This document shows, one piece after another, positions 1 to 12,598 of a stretch of 64,000 nucleotides of DNA. Source of the stretch: Octopus sinensis (lineage: Eukaryota); assembly GCF_006345805.1 (NCBI RefSeq), contig NC_043008.1, positions 17,174,001 to 17,238,000 on the forward strand, in the 5' to 3' direction. The stretch's first letter is position 1, and each line of letters opens with the position of its first letter. Below the pieces are notes generated by a model, which was not told where the DNA came from, ran no database searches, and saw only the letters and a list, made by a program, of their open reading frames with translations. Position numbers and translations under genes: made by a program.

Positions 1-178
1 CCCCAACATCGCTTGACAACCGATGCTGGTGTGTTTACATTCCCGTAACTTAGCTGTTCGGCAAAAGAGACCGATATAATACGTTCCAAGCTTCCAAAGA
101 ATGAGTCCTGGGGTCGATTTGCTCGACTAAAAGCATGGCCATAGTCACATGACTGAAACAAGTAAAAGAGTAAAAGAT
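1..178 (+). mobile_element. SINE family A, 3' half (cut by window edge)
   Basis: Matches the tails of full copies at 529, 26916 and 28211 (ccccaacatcgcttgacaaccgatgctgg...catggccatagtcacatgactgaaacaagtaaaagagtaaaag). Confidence 0.9.
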
Positions 179-528
179 TATCTTTGTGATTAAGAAAATC
201 AACAACGGAACAGCACTAAGTTATTAATAAATTCACTAATATCCAGATTTCTGAACATCATAAATGCCGGGAGAATACAGATGAATTTGAAAGAGTCAGT
301 CTTGTTTGTATTTCATATTACAATCACAAAGGAACAACTTCCCTTGATTTGACATAAAACGTAGTGCTCAAATTTTTTAGTTGATGCTGCTTTTGAAAGT
401 TATTATAGAGTAGGATTATAAGGAAACACGACCTAAAATAGGAAAGAGTGAAACATAGGCACAGTACTTGCAATATTCAGCGTATTCATGTCTCGCTGGG
501 TAAGAAAGCAGCAGTTCGTTAGTTTGCG

Positions 529-900
529 AGGCGCAGGAGTCGCTGTGTGGTAAATAGCTTGCTTACAAACCACATGGTTCCGGGTTCAGTCCAACTGCGT
601 CTAACCTTGGGCAAGAGTCTTCTGCTATAGCCTCGGGCCGACCAAAGCTTTGTGAGTGGATTTGGTAGACGGAAACTAAAAGAAGTCCGTCGTATATATG
701 CATATATATATATATGTGTGTGTGTTTATCCCCCAACATCGCTTGACAACTGATGCTGGTGTGTTTGCGTCCCCGTAAATTAGCGGTTCGGCAAAAGAGA
801 CCGATAGAATAAATACTAGGCTTACAAAGAATAAGTCCTGTGGTCGATTTGCGGTGCTCCAGCATGGCCGCAGTCAAATGATTGAAACAGGAAAAGAGTA
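529..900 (+). mobile_element. SINE family A, full length (tRNA-like head, CORE-like body, internal (TA)n(TG)n, LINE-like tail)
   Basis: Head aggcgcaggagtcgctgtgtgg...ggttccgggttcagtcc, body ccttgggcaagagtcttctgctatagcctcgggccgacc. Multiple homologous copies in the window. Confidence 0.92.
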
Positions 901-1173
901 TAACGCAAGGCCGCATAGTCCGTGCAAAATTATTTGCTTATATGCACCTCGCTGTTTCACTAGTACATATTATACCCTTCACGGAAGGCTCGATGAGCGA
1001 GAAATTCGATTTTTGCGACATTTAGACTCAGAACGTATTGGACCAGAACTAAGTACTGCAGGATATGTTCTCACCATTCGGAAATATCGTCTCAAGCTCA
1101 ATCATTTATGCTAATCTGCAAAGTTTCCACGACAATACTAATTAAAATTTCACGACCAGTATACTTATATGTG

Positions 1174-1501
1174 TAGGAGGCGCAATGGCCCAGTGGTTAG
1201 GGCAGCGGACTCGCGGTCGGATGATCGCGGTTTCGATTCCCAGACCGGGCGTTGTGTGTGTTTATTGAGCGAAAACACCTAAAGCTCCATGAGGCTCCGA
1301 CAGTGAGGAATGGTGGTAGCGACCCCTGTTCTAATCTTTTGCCCCAACTTTCTCTCACTCTTTCTTCCTGGTTCTTGGGTAACGCTGCGATGGACTGGCG
1401 TTCCGTCCACCTGGGGGGAACGCATGCGCCACAGAAACCGGGAAACCGGGCCCGTGAGCCTGGCTAGGCTTGAAAAGGGCGCATAAATAAAAATAAATAA
1501 G
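1174..1501 (+). mobile_element. tRNA-derived SINE (head type B1) with V-domain-like core and A-rich tail
   Basis: Box A tggcccagtgg, box B gtttcgattcc. 13-bp TSD atacttatatgtg at 1161-1173 and 1502-1514. Core ctgcgatggactggcgttccgtcc resembles the V-SINE domain (recalled, not searched). Confidence 0.9.
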
Positions 1502-2264
1502 ATACTTATATGTGAGTAACAAAGATATAGTTTTAAGTCAAAAGGTAATGACTAATAAATCAGTAAAATTTACATCATCATCAGCCACTACACACCCAAA
1601 CGCCATGACGTGAAAGATATTTGGTGATATAGAAGACGAAATGATTCTCAGATCCTAAAAATACTTCATCTAACAGGAATATGACAACAACAACAAGAGC
1701 AACATAGGGATGGTTTTAACATCCAGGTAATAGCGAATTCGAAGAAACTTTATGGAAAAATACAGGACCATATAGTAATGATCACACGAGCTATTAATCC
1801 ATTTTATAACCAATACAAAAGCACTACGTTATCACACGATATTGTTTAACACAATACGAAGACCGCAATCGATATCTTGAATCTATCAAATCTCTATAAT
1901 TGATATATTGATCTATGTTATAAAATGTTTACTAAAACATCAAAAGCAAAAAAAAAAAAATCAGTTGCTGTAATAGGTAGAAAAGCGTCTACGTAATACG
2001 CGACCTACATTGGCACTGTCTCACGAAGTCAGTGAGCTAAGTTAGAAAAAGCAACGAATTTCCCTAACATTAATCTCAAATGTCTTTAAATCTTTTTTAA
2101 AATCTTTAAAATGTAAGGACATATTAGCCAGTGTAGCCCTACATATAACAAATGACGGAAAAGTCATATCTGGAAGGTCTTTGCTCATTTGTCTACTATG
2201 AGTGTGCTGCTAGACTTTGAGCTAAACAACAACAACTCTGACAACAATAATCTTTTTAATCATT

Positions 2265-3070
2265 ATATTGGCCATAAAGGCCTTACAGAGAAGGGAAGCT
2301 ACGGGCTGGACACAGACATAATGTTATATGAAATGACAAATGAAAATGATGATAAATGAGGGCAAGAAGCAACGCCCGCCCATTGCTGTTTACTCAAGAA
2401 CATTGATCTTTTATATTACATATAAGAGGCAACAAACCTCTTACATTTTTCACAATTCAATGACAACATTCATTTACGAGGCAACAAATCACTTACATTG
2501 TTCACAATTCAAAAAAAAAAAAAATGAAGCATGAAGCCTTCTTACTTTTATTTTCAATTATAAACTTTCATGCCCGACCAGGCTCCTCGCCTCATTCAAA
2601 CACCTGGACGGTGCTAAATCGAGTCATATTAACATAAATCTAAAGGTCTCCTCGGGGAAGAAATCCATCACCCTGCACAAATCTGTCTCTCATATGACCT
2701 CCGCAGCCACCTGCGAAGGCCAGTCAGGGTCCTCAATACAGGATAGAATCCCTTCTCTCCAGATTTTATTTTTAAACTTTTTAACGAAGCTATCCAGTGA
2801 CCCCCATCCTTTATGGAAGAGGATCACAAATTTCTAATCCTTTGCATGGGAAGGGCCTACAGGTTCTACCTTCAGTGGCACAATTCCCACCGAAGGAGCT
2901 TCGAGACACGCCAGCAGTGTATCACAAACCGCTGGCAATGTCCTGTTTTTCTGTTTCTTCTATTTTTTTCCTTGAGCCACGGGAGAGTGGAGTTCTTCCG
3001 TTTTGTCCGGATGATCTTCCTTCCCTCCCGTACCCTTCGGATCCTTCGGTGGGCAACCATTAGTGGGCAA
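2265..3070 (-). mobile_element. possible degenerate L1/Tx1 LINE 3' remnant
   Basis: GC-richer island. Broken minus-strand peptides FVIHCWRVSKLLRW and GSLDSFVKKFKNKIWREGILS weakly resemble an ORF2 C-terminus. Ends ...ggccaatataat, similar to the Tx1 tail at 15371. Confidence 0.3.
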
Positions 3071-4284
3071 TAGCATTATCCAACGAAGAAACTTTAAGTG
3101 GTTGAATCACCTGCAAGAAATAGTTGTCAAATATCTTCGAGTCACACACTACAATCGTAAAAAAAGGAAGAACGTTTTAACCATGTAGTCCTTGACATAT
3201 AGTAAAAAACAACATTAGGATGGTTGAATCTGGAAAGTCTTTGATCATTGCTCACCTTGAACACGGCTGCCTTGGGGTTAAACAACTATAATAACAACAG
3301 CAACTATGAGAAACTCAACAAAAACAAAACAAATATGTAATGACCAAGATTAAACCATTAGAACAAAGCGACGCGAGAAGCGGCAGCGCCATGGCAGCAG
3401 CAGTAGCAGCAGTAGCAGCAACAGGAGCAGCTATGCTATCATTTGAAACTTTAATTAAAAAGGGAATAAATTTAAGGATTTCGCAGCCGTCAATAACAAA
3501 AAAAAAATTAATAAAAACATATATATATACTTTATAGAACATGAACGTTATGATGATGTCGCAGGAAAAATACAAAAAAAAAAGTTAAAATGTTGAGGCG
3601 TTTCTTTATAAACATGGATTTGATAGTTTAATCTAGCAAATTGATTTTAACTACCAAAGGCACATAAAATAAATTGTTTGATCGCGGCTTTTGCTGCAGT
3701 TTTTCTACTGCTCTATAATAACTTTACAAACCACAAGCTTTAAGAATCGCCCATTCCGCACACTACCACCGAACAGGATACATACCGCCCACTGTACAAA
3801 CATCCCATCTGTATGAAGCATAGATTGTAAAAACCATCCACTATACAAACACATACAAACTACCATGCAAGAGCCAAAATCTAGGCAGCCATTTTATGCG
3901 ATAACCATCAACAATAAATATGCAGGAGAGCCAGCTATAAAATACTTGTCGATCAATAAATAGGCATGTTTGTTTATGGATGTACATGTACATGCGTTGA
4001 TAAAATTAAATCTATATCTTCCTTCCTTGTTTCCCTCCTATCCGAAATCTCTCATCCACTTCATATATTGTATACGTATATATATATATATGTGTGTCTA
4101 TGAGCGGACGTGTACGTGTAAGTATGGGCCTGTGTGTGTATGCGTGCTTGCGTATATTCAGTAGGGCCATTTCATCTGTGTGGATCAATTGTTGCACAAT
4201 TAGAGATATTTTGGAGTCGATGTGTCTGTAATACTGGATCCTTTGGACCAGTACGAAATTCGATTGCTCAGAACACAATGATAC

Positions 4285-4505
<221 letters not shown>

Positions 4506-4730
4506 GATGAGGAAATAAGTTATTAGATAAGGCACTTGAAGCGTAAGATTTCAAACCAATAATTTAAATCATTTAGGTACTCAAGCTTAAGTTTAGTGAC
4601 TTTGTACAAGAATGTTGGAACTATGCTCAGAATATCTCGATCTTGAAGTAGGTCTTTCGAAGGAAATGTATTCAAACTTGAAAGTTCAAAGTCTAGCTTT
4701 TACTCTCTCTCATATAAATATGTATATACG

Positions 4731-4784
<54 letters not shown>

Positions 4785-4789
<5 letters not shown>

Positions 4790-5159
4790 TCGGAGAAGGA
4801 ATGGTAGCACCCATAATCTTTTCCCATGATCTCCAGCTTCTTTCTTTCTTTCTTTCTTCCTTTCTTTCTTTCTTCCCTTCGTTCTTTCTTCCTTTCTTTC
4901 TTTCTTTCCTTCTTTCATCCTTCATGTATTTATTTCTGTTTTTCATTTACTTAACTGAATAACGGGCAAACTATTTGAATATGCTTTATTCACTTGCCCT
5001 TGTAATCGTTCAGAAAATCTAATCTAGAATGATCGTGAGAAGTCTATTAGTCATACTAATCGGTTTTTGTAAATGTATTCCTCAGAATTTTCAACCAGTC
5101 TGATAAATGCTAACTTCACAATACTTACGGCCCTTCATCCACTCTAAAATCTCTGCCAT

Positions 5160-5225
<66 letters not shown>

Positions 5226-5600
5226 TCGGAGAAGGAATGGTAGCACCCATAATCTTTTCCCATGATCTCCAGCTTCTTTCTTTCTTTCTTTTTCTTCCTT
5301 TCTTTCTTTCTTCCCTTCGTTCTTTCTTCCTTTCTTTCTTTTTCTTCTTCTTTCATCCTTCATGTATTTATTTCTGTTTTTCATTTACTTAACTGAATAA
5401 CGGGCAAACTATTTGAATATGCTTATTCACTTGCCCTTGTAATCGTTCAGAAAATCTAATCTAGAATGATCGTGAGAAGTCTATTAGTCATACTAATCGG
5501 TTTTTGTAAATGTATTCCTCAGAATTTTCAACCAGTCTGATAAATGCTAACTTCACAATACTTACGGCCCTTCATCCACTCTAAAATCTCTGCCATTATG
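4785..5600. repeat. near-identical tandem duplication of a ~380-bp unit (4785-5160 and 5221-5600), bounded by (TA)n
   Basis: Both copies begin acaattcggagaaggaatgg and end ctctgccattatg. Differences are small indels. Confidence 0.95.
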
Positions 5601-5624
5601 TATATATATATATATATATATATA

Positions 5625-5960
5625 TAAGGACACCTTTCGGTCATGACTGACCATGGAATTCCATATAGAATGTTTCCCCCCCCCGAGGCAGAGGTCCGAG
5701 CAATATTGTTCATAGAAAACTAGCAGTCGCTCATGCATATCAGCCTCCCCTCTCCACGCTACAGGTGTTGTCCATGGGAAAAGGTGATACAGCTTGGGGC
5801 CGGTGACGTAAGAACTGATTTCTATAGGTTAGTGAAACTAAAGCAACGTGAAAAAAAATGTACCTTTCTCAAGGATATAATAAACTGACCAGTCCGGGCA
5901 TCGAACTCACTTCCTCATGATTGCGAGACTGATGATCTAACCACTGAGCCATATGTTCAT
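5625..5960 (-). mobile_element. tRNA-derived SINE (head type B2, CORE-like body, distinct tail)
   Basis: Minus strand has box A tggctcagtgg, box B gagttcgatgccc, and body tatccttgagaaaggtaca..tttcacgttgc, homologous to the head and body at 56998. Confidence 0.8.
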
Positions 5961-6210
5961 CTGTATAGTTGTATTCTCCTGTTTCTGTAACTAATTCTAA
6001 AATTAATATTAATGGGGTAATTTCCCTCGTGATTAGAGATATACTCCGAGTACTTTCAACAACGAACATCACTAAACACGCTAAAGCGTAACACAATTGT
6101 TTATACATGGACGTCAGATTAAATGGAAAAATAGCTAAAAACTTTCACATAAAATTTAAGGTATGTGGTGAGTGTGTTATGATCATTACGCAACTGGTAC
6201 ATAATTAATC

Positions 6211-6346
6211 GAGTCCGAAAGAAAGAAAGAAAGAAAGAAATGCAAAGTCGACCTCGGCGGAATTTGAACTCACAACGTAACGGCAGACGAAATCTCTCTA
6301 AGCATTTCGCCCGTCATGCTACCGTTTCTGCTAGCTCGCCGCCTTC
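6211..6346 (-). mobile_element. SINE family C, 5' part
   Basis: Reverse complement of ggcggcgagctagcagaaacggtagc...gagttcaaattccgccgaggtcgactttgc. Confidence 0.88.
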
Positions 6347-6974
6347 CCCTCCCCTCAAAATTGATGACCTGGAATACAGAATTAGGAAGGTTTAGTATTA
6401 TTTTAAAAATCCAGATCGATAGTGTGTCAGACAAAATATATCAGAGTCTTAATTACTTTCCAGTGTAATTTTGGTTCAAATCCTGATTAATGCAACTTTC
6501 TTGGGTGGTTAAAATATACAGCAAGTAAAATCAAATTCTTTTATCTTTTTCACATTTCTAATATTGCACCAAAAAAAAAGAGATCAATATATAATTATCG
6601 CTACCATATTGGCTGAGGCATTAGCAAAATCGTTACAGTGACCGATAAAATTCCTTGCGGTATATAATTGCATTTAATTGCAAATCTTTGAATTGTGGAT
6701 AGAAATCCCGCCGAGGTTAATGTTACTAGTAATCCTTCCGGGAATTGATAAAGTTAAGTACTAATCAAGTCATGGATTTTATATATCTGTTATACATATC
6801 ACAGTTGGAGCCAATTGCCTCCATTGGTAATCATATCAACCATGGTGTTGTGTAGTTGTTTATAATTCCTGTATAACAAAACAAACGCACGCGTTCACGC
6901 AAAAATACTGGGAACAAATCGTAATCACCTCATTATGATAAATATCGTTATCATTCGAATTTATCTTTAACTAG

Positions 6975-7200
6975 CACTATGACCCGGCAGAATCATTAGC
7001 ACACTGGGCGAAATGCTTTGCGGCATTTTGTCTACCCTTACATTCTGAGTTCAAATTCCGCCGAGTTGACTTTTTCTTTCATCCATTCGGGGTCGATAAA
7101 ATATGCACCAGTTACTCACTGGGGGTCGATATAATTGACTAGCTACACTACTGCCCGGAGAAAGTTCAGACCATGTGCATATATTAGAAATTATTATTAT
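6975..7200 (+). mobile_element. SINE family C (tail-2 type, diverged)
   Basis: ggcagaatcattagcac...gagttcaaattccgccgag...ttcggggtcgataaa. Confidence 0.8.
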
Positions 7201-7289
7201 TATTATTACTATTATTATTACTATTATTATTAGTATTATTATTGAGTGAGAGAGCAGTGCATATTGTTGTTGTTTTTGTTATTGCTATT

Positions 7290-7400
7290 AAGGCGATGAG
7301 CTTGGCAGAATCGTTAGCACGACGGGCACAATGCTTAGTGGCATTTCATCGGTCTTTACGTTCTAAGTTCAAATTCCACCGAGGTCTACTTTGCCTTTCA
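7290..7400 (+). mobile_element. SINE family C head fused to a LINE fragment
   Basis: aggcgatgagcttggcagaatcgttagc...ctttgcctttca, running directly into the R4/Dong sequence. Confidence 0.85.
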
Positions 7401-7760
7401 GGACTTAAAGAAGGGACTGAAGAAATTTTAATTTCAGCACAAGACCAAAGACTCCTCACCATAACTTACCAAAAACATATAATGAAATGAAATATAAGTA
7501 ACTGCAGAATATTGGAAGATGGTGAAAAAGCATCCCACAATATTATCTCTGGCTTTCTAGTCCTAGCTAAGAAGGAATATAATCACTGACACGACAGATT
7601 TGGGATCTACATACAGTAGAAGCTATGCCAACACCATAGAATAACAATAGAAAGAAAGATGGTATAGGCACAAGCCAGAAAAGGTCACAGAAAATAAGAA
7701 TGCAAGCATACTATGGGATATGCTAATACACAGATAAAGAAATTAAGGCCAATCGTTGTT
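7401..7760 (+). mobile_element. R4/Dong-clade non-LTR retrotransposon fragment (zinc knuckle and start of RLE endonuclease), degenerate
   Basis: Translation with stops and frameshifts: GLKEGTEEILISAQDQRLLTITYQKHIMK*...CRILEDGEKASHNIISGFLVLAKKEYNH*HDRFGIYI..KLCQHH../WYRHKPEKVTENKNASILWDMLIH../KEIKANR. This follows the R4/Dong motif order ETEG..AAQDQ, CCHC, RHD, LWD, ANRPD. Confidence 0.88.
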
Positions 7761-7859
7761 ATAAAGGAGAGATGAATACTTAGGAGGGTTCTAAGTTGAC
7801 TTGCTGTTAGTAATATATTTCCAACTGTATAATCTGTTGTGCGTATATGAAATAATAAA

Positions 7860-7960
7860 AATAACAACAGCAACAACGTCGACGACGACAACAACAACAA
7901 CAATATTAATAATAATAATAATAATATTAATAATAATATAATGATAATAATAATAATAAT

Positions 7961-8006
<46 letters not shown>

Positions 8007-8125
8007 TTAATAATAATAATATTAATAATATAATAATAATATTAATAATAATAATAATAATAATATTAATAATAATAATAATGACAATAATAATAATATA
8101 TTAATAATAATAATAATACCATAAT
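7860..8125. repeat. (AAT)n microsatellite
   Basis: Directly visible. Confidence 0.98.
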
Positions 8126-8671
8126 GCAATACGAGAGACTGTCTGTCATCGCTTTTGATCTTAAGTGATTGGAAATGTTATCATGTACGTTGTTTTGTCT
8201 TGGTATAAAAGATAAACTACTGCAGATATTCTGCTGAATACCACAGATTTGCTTGTCAGTTGTTTCACCTTAACCGGTTGAGCATATCCCTCAGTGGCTG
8301 ATGATGCGTGCATCTCTCATTACGAGCAGAAGTAGTGGGGGAGCATCATAGCCATGTGCTGGGAGGAATTCTCTGGGGTTTCACTAATTCGTCTCTAGAA
8401 ACATGGGTGTTTCGTTTAGCATCATTAAGGAACCTTTATTAGGGGGATTTTGTGCCTGATGGGCAACTCGAACTGAAGAACATTCCACCTGGGCCCCCAA
8501 CCGCAGGCTTATGCGCTGTTTATCTTGATATGAGATCATCATGTCGTTGCAATGTGTCTGTGATGCATGTGCCTGGTGTACCCTTATCAGACGTGTATTA
8601 ATAATGAATATATTGGCTTTTGTATATTTGTACCCATGTGTCATTCTGATGGCACACACTACTCACTCACG

Positions 8672-8680
<9 letters not shown>
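8126..8680 (+). mobile_element. unclassified GC-richer segment embedded between (AAT)n arrays, possibly a retroelement 3' region
   Basis: Abrupt composition change with triplet arrays on both sides. No second copy in the window. Confidence 0.3.
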
Positions 8681-8762
<82 letters not shown>

Positions 8763-8795
8763 ACTAATAATAATAATAATAACAATAATAATAAT
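8681..8795. repeat. (ACT)n-(AAT)n microsatellite
   Basis: Directly visible. Confidence 0.97.
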
Positions 8796-9307
8796 GTGAA
8801 ACAAAAGCAGTGTATACGTTTATTACTGGGAGAATGACCTTTCAGAGATACAACAGAATTTGATTCAAAACAGAGAATTCACTTCAAGAATCTTGCAAAT
8901 CATAAGCAATATAATGTGTGAGTGTGTGTGTGTGTGTGCGCGTGTGAGTGTGTGCGTGTGTGTGTGTGCATGCATGCGTGTGTGAGTGTGTGTGCGTTTG
9001 TATGCATGTAAGTATATATACAAAATGCGATGTTCATACTTCCCCACAGGTCAGAATTTCCATAGTCAAAGATTTTTGCAACCGGGACAGTTGAACGATG
9101 AACTTGATCAGTATAAAACGGAATATTCATCACACCCATATTATATGGGTCTACTTGCAATTATATCATAGAAAAAAAAGGAAGAGAGAAGATTGTTAGC
9201 GACAAGGAAATTTAGCACACACACACACCACACACACACCACACACTCAACAAAACACAACACAGAAGGAGAGGGAGAGACAGATAAAGACTGACAGATA
9301 GACAGGA

Positions 9308-9309
<2 letters not shown>

Positions 9310-9374
<65 letters not shown>

Positions 9375-9551
9375 TACATATATACATATAGATAGCAGAG
9401 ATATATCATTATATATACAATATATATAGACGATAAATAATATATATATATATATATTATATTATATATATATATATAGATATATAGATAGATAGAGATA
9501 GATATAGATAGATAGATAGAAAGACGATAGATAGATAGTAGATAGATAGAC

Positions 9552-9625
<74 letters not shown>
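9310..9625. repeat. (TA)n / (GATA)n microsatellite block
   Basis: Directly visible. Confidence 0.97.
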
Positions 9626-10764
9626 CGAGAGAGGAGGGCGAGGATATAAATTTAGCACTTGGTGTGTCGAATCTTTAAGCATTATATAATATTTTAAACA
9701 TAAATTACAGAACTGATTTAGTGCAATTTGTTAAACTTTAAAGAGAATATAACGCAGTCATGTAGTAATCACATTCTATCAAAAGTCAATATACTCGATG
9801 GCTTATCTTCCTTCCTTCCTCACTCTCCTTCTCTTTCTCTGTCTCTGTATCTGTTTCTCTTTCTCTCCCTCTCACAGACGCACACACGGGCACACGGGCA
9901 TACTCACACTTCTATATAGAATCGTATGATTGTAAGCAATTCTCTTATTTAGTCGCGTGTGTCTGTAAATGTGTATAGCTAGGGAAAGGAATGTCATTAG
10001 CTGAATTATATCACACAGCCAACAGTCGTACGAACACACAATCCCAATAGCACCAGAATACACAACTTGACACAAGTATAAGGATTATATATATATATAT
10101 ATATATAATATATATAATATATCTGTGTGTGTGTGTGTGTACACTTACATGCGCACGCATATACACACACATATATATTTATATTATTTATATAGTATAT
10201 ATATATATATATAGAGAGAGAGAGACACAGACAGACTGATAGAAAGAGAGAGAGATAAAGAGAGAGAGGTTAATATAAACAATAAGTATATGTGTATAGA
10301 TATATGAGTCTATACGTATGTGTATTTACATATACATATGCATATATATATATAATATATATATATATGTTTACACACACATATACATACATGCAAACAT
10401 ACATACATAAATACATGCATACGTACATACATACATACATAAATATATACATACTTATAACATAAACACATACACAAGTTATTCATGATTGGAAACCGAT
10501 GTTGTTTGAGCGCTCGTATAGACGCCCGCAGCAAACGCACCACGTACACACTCGCATACACTAACACGCGTATATATATATATAATATATATAGGTGCGT
10601 ATTTTTCAGTCTCTCAACCGAAAATCAATTAAGATATTGACTTTATTTTGCCATTAATCACAAAGGGTTTTGCGAACAACGGCACTTAGTTTGCGCTTGT
10701 GAAACAAGGATGTTTTAGTTCAAACAGTGAGGAAAAGAGAAAACCACGACAATGAAAATTTAAT

Positions 10765-10768
10765 ACAA

Positions 10769-10821
<53 letters not shown>

Positions 10822-11225
10822 TAATAATAATAATGATAATAATATAATAATAATGATAATAATAATGATAATAATGATAATAATGATAATATAATAATAA
10901 TAATAATAAGAAGAAGAATAAGAAGAAGAAGAAGGAGAAGAATGATGATGATGATAATAATAATAATGATATAATAATAATAATATAATAATAATAATAA
11001 TATAAGAATAATAATAATGATATAATAATAATAATATAATATAATAATAATATAAGAAGAAGAAGAAGAAGAAGAGAATGATGATGATAATATAATAATA
11101 ATAACAATAATAATAATAACAACAATAATAATAACAATAATAATATATAACAAACAACAACCAGCAACAACAATAATAATAATAACAGCGACAATAACAA
11201 CAACAACAACAATAACACTATAATC

Positions 11226-11261
<36 letters not shown>

Positions 11262-11287
11262 TAATAATATAATATAACAATAATATA

Positions 11288-11347
<60 letters not shown>

Positions 11348-11400
11348 TAATAATAATAATAATAACAGTAATAATAATAATAGTAATAATAATATTGTTC
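10765..11400. repeat. long degenerate (AAT)n/(AAG)n/(AAC)n array
   Basis: Directly visible. Source of three spurious poly-I/L/Y ORFs. Confidence 0.97.
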
Positions 11401-12107
11401 TTCCTAAAGTTACACCATTCTATAATGAATGCGGATGTCAACGATTCCAAGTAAGAAAATATTTACTTTCAGTTAAAATAAAATGTTAATCCTTATTATA
11501 AAGCCATAGATGTCACAACTTCTCATTTATCTTCCTTTTATCAATAGTGGATTTAACGAAGCCTGCTTGAATGTCTCTGCTTTCTGCTATGTAGATAATA
11601 TGTTTTTAAAATTTCTGAGGAAGTTAAGTACTTTAAGTACACACCTTAAATGTTAGTATATTTGTATATCTTCATAGGCTATACCTACTAATTAAATTTA
11701 TCTGTTTTTAGCGTCATTACTTCTGTTGGTTGACACTGTATCAATCCAGAATGAACAGATCTATGATTCGAGGCATTCCACTATTAAATCTCCCACCATT
11801 TTTCTTGATATGTTTAAAACGATATTGCACACTTTTCTATTTAAATGAACAAGCTGTGATTTGAGGAAGATTTTGCTGGTCTTTTTAAATGTCCCAATGT
11901 CTATAAGAATTCTCCGCATTCTAATGATTTTAATATTGATGTTTCTGCATTGTGCATAAATAACCTAATAATTTAGCTATTGAGGCAGGGTTTATTACCG
12001 TAAACCATAATGCAACTTGTCTTTTTACTGCTTTGTGATACGTTCATTTTTCAGTGTCTCGACAGGCAAAATATATTTCGCTCAACCATCCATCCAACTT
12101 CAATCCT

Positions 12108-12444
12108 CTCTTTTACTCTCTTTTACTTGTATCAATCACTTGACTGTGGTCATGCTGCAGCACTAGGACTTATAATTTGTAAGCCTAGTACTTATTCCAT
12201 CGGTCTCTTTAGCCGAACCGCTAAGTTACGGGGATGTAAACACACCAGCATCGACGGGCTTCTTTCAGTTTCCGTCTACCAAATCCACTCACAAGGCTTT
12301 GGTCGGCCCGAGGCTTTGGTCGGCCCGAGGCTTTGGTCGGCCCGAGGCTATTGTATAAGACAGTTGCCCAAGGTGCCACGCAGTGGGACTGAACCCGAAA
12401 CCATGTGGTTCATAAGCACTTACCACACAGCCATTCCTACGCCT
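12108..12444 (-). mobile_element. SINE family A lacking the internal microsatellite, with a 17-bp triplication
   Basis: Head and tail homology. aggctttggtcggcccg x3 at about 12294-12345. Confidence 0.88.
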
Positions 12445-12529
12445 ATTCATCCCTTCATCCATCCATCCATCCATCTACTGTCTATATTTTCATCTGTTGT
12501 GTTTGGGCCTCTCTGTCTCCTAAACTATC

Positions 12530-12598
<69 letters not shown>

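Noticed and set aside
3340-3537. Ala-rich short ORF
   Set aside because: Derived from a (GCA)n/(GTA)n triplet run.
10686-11450. 254-, 195- and 146-aa ORFs
   Set aside because: All are (ATT)n microsatellite read-through.
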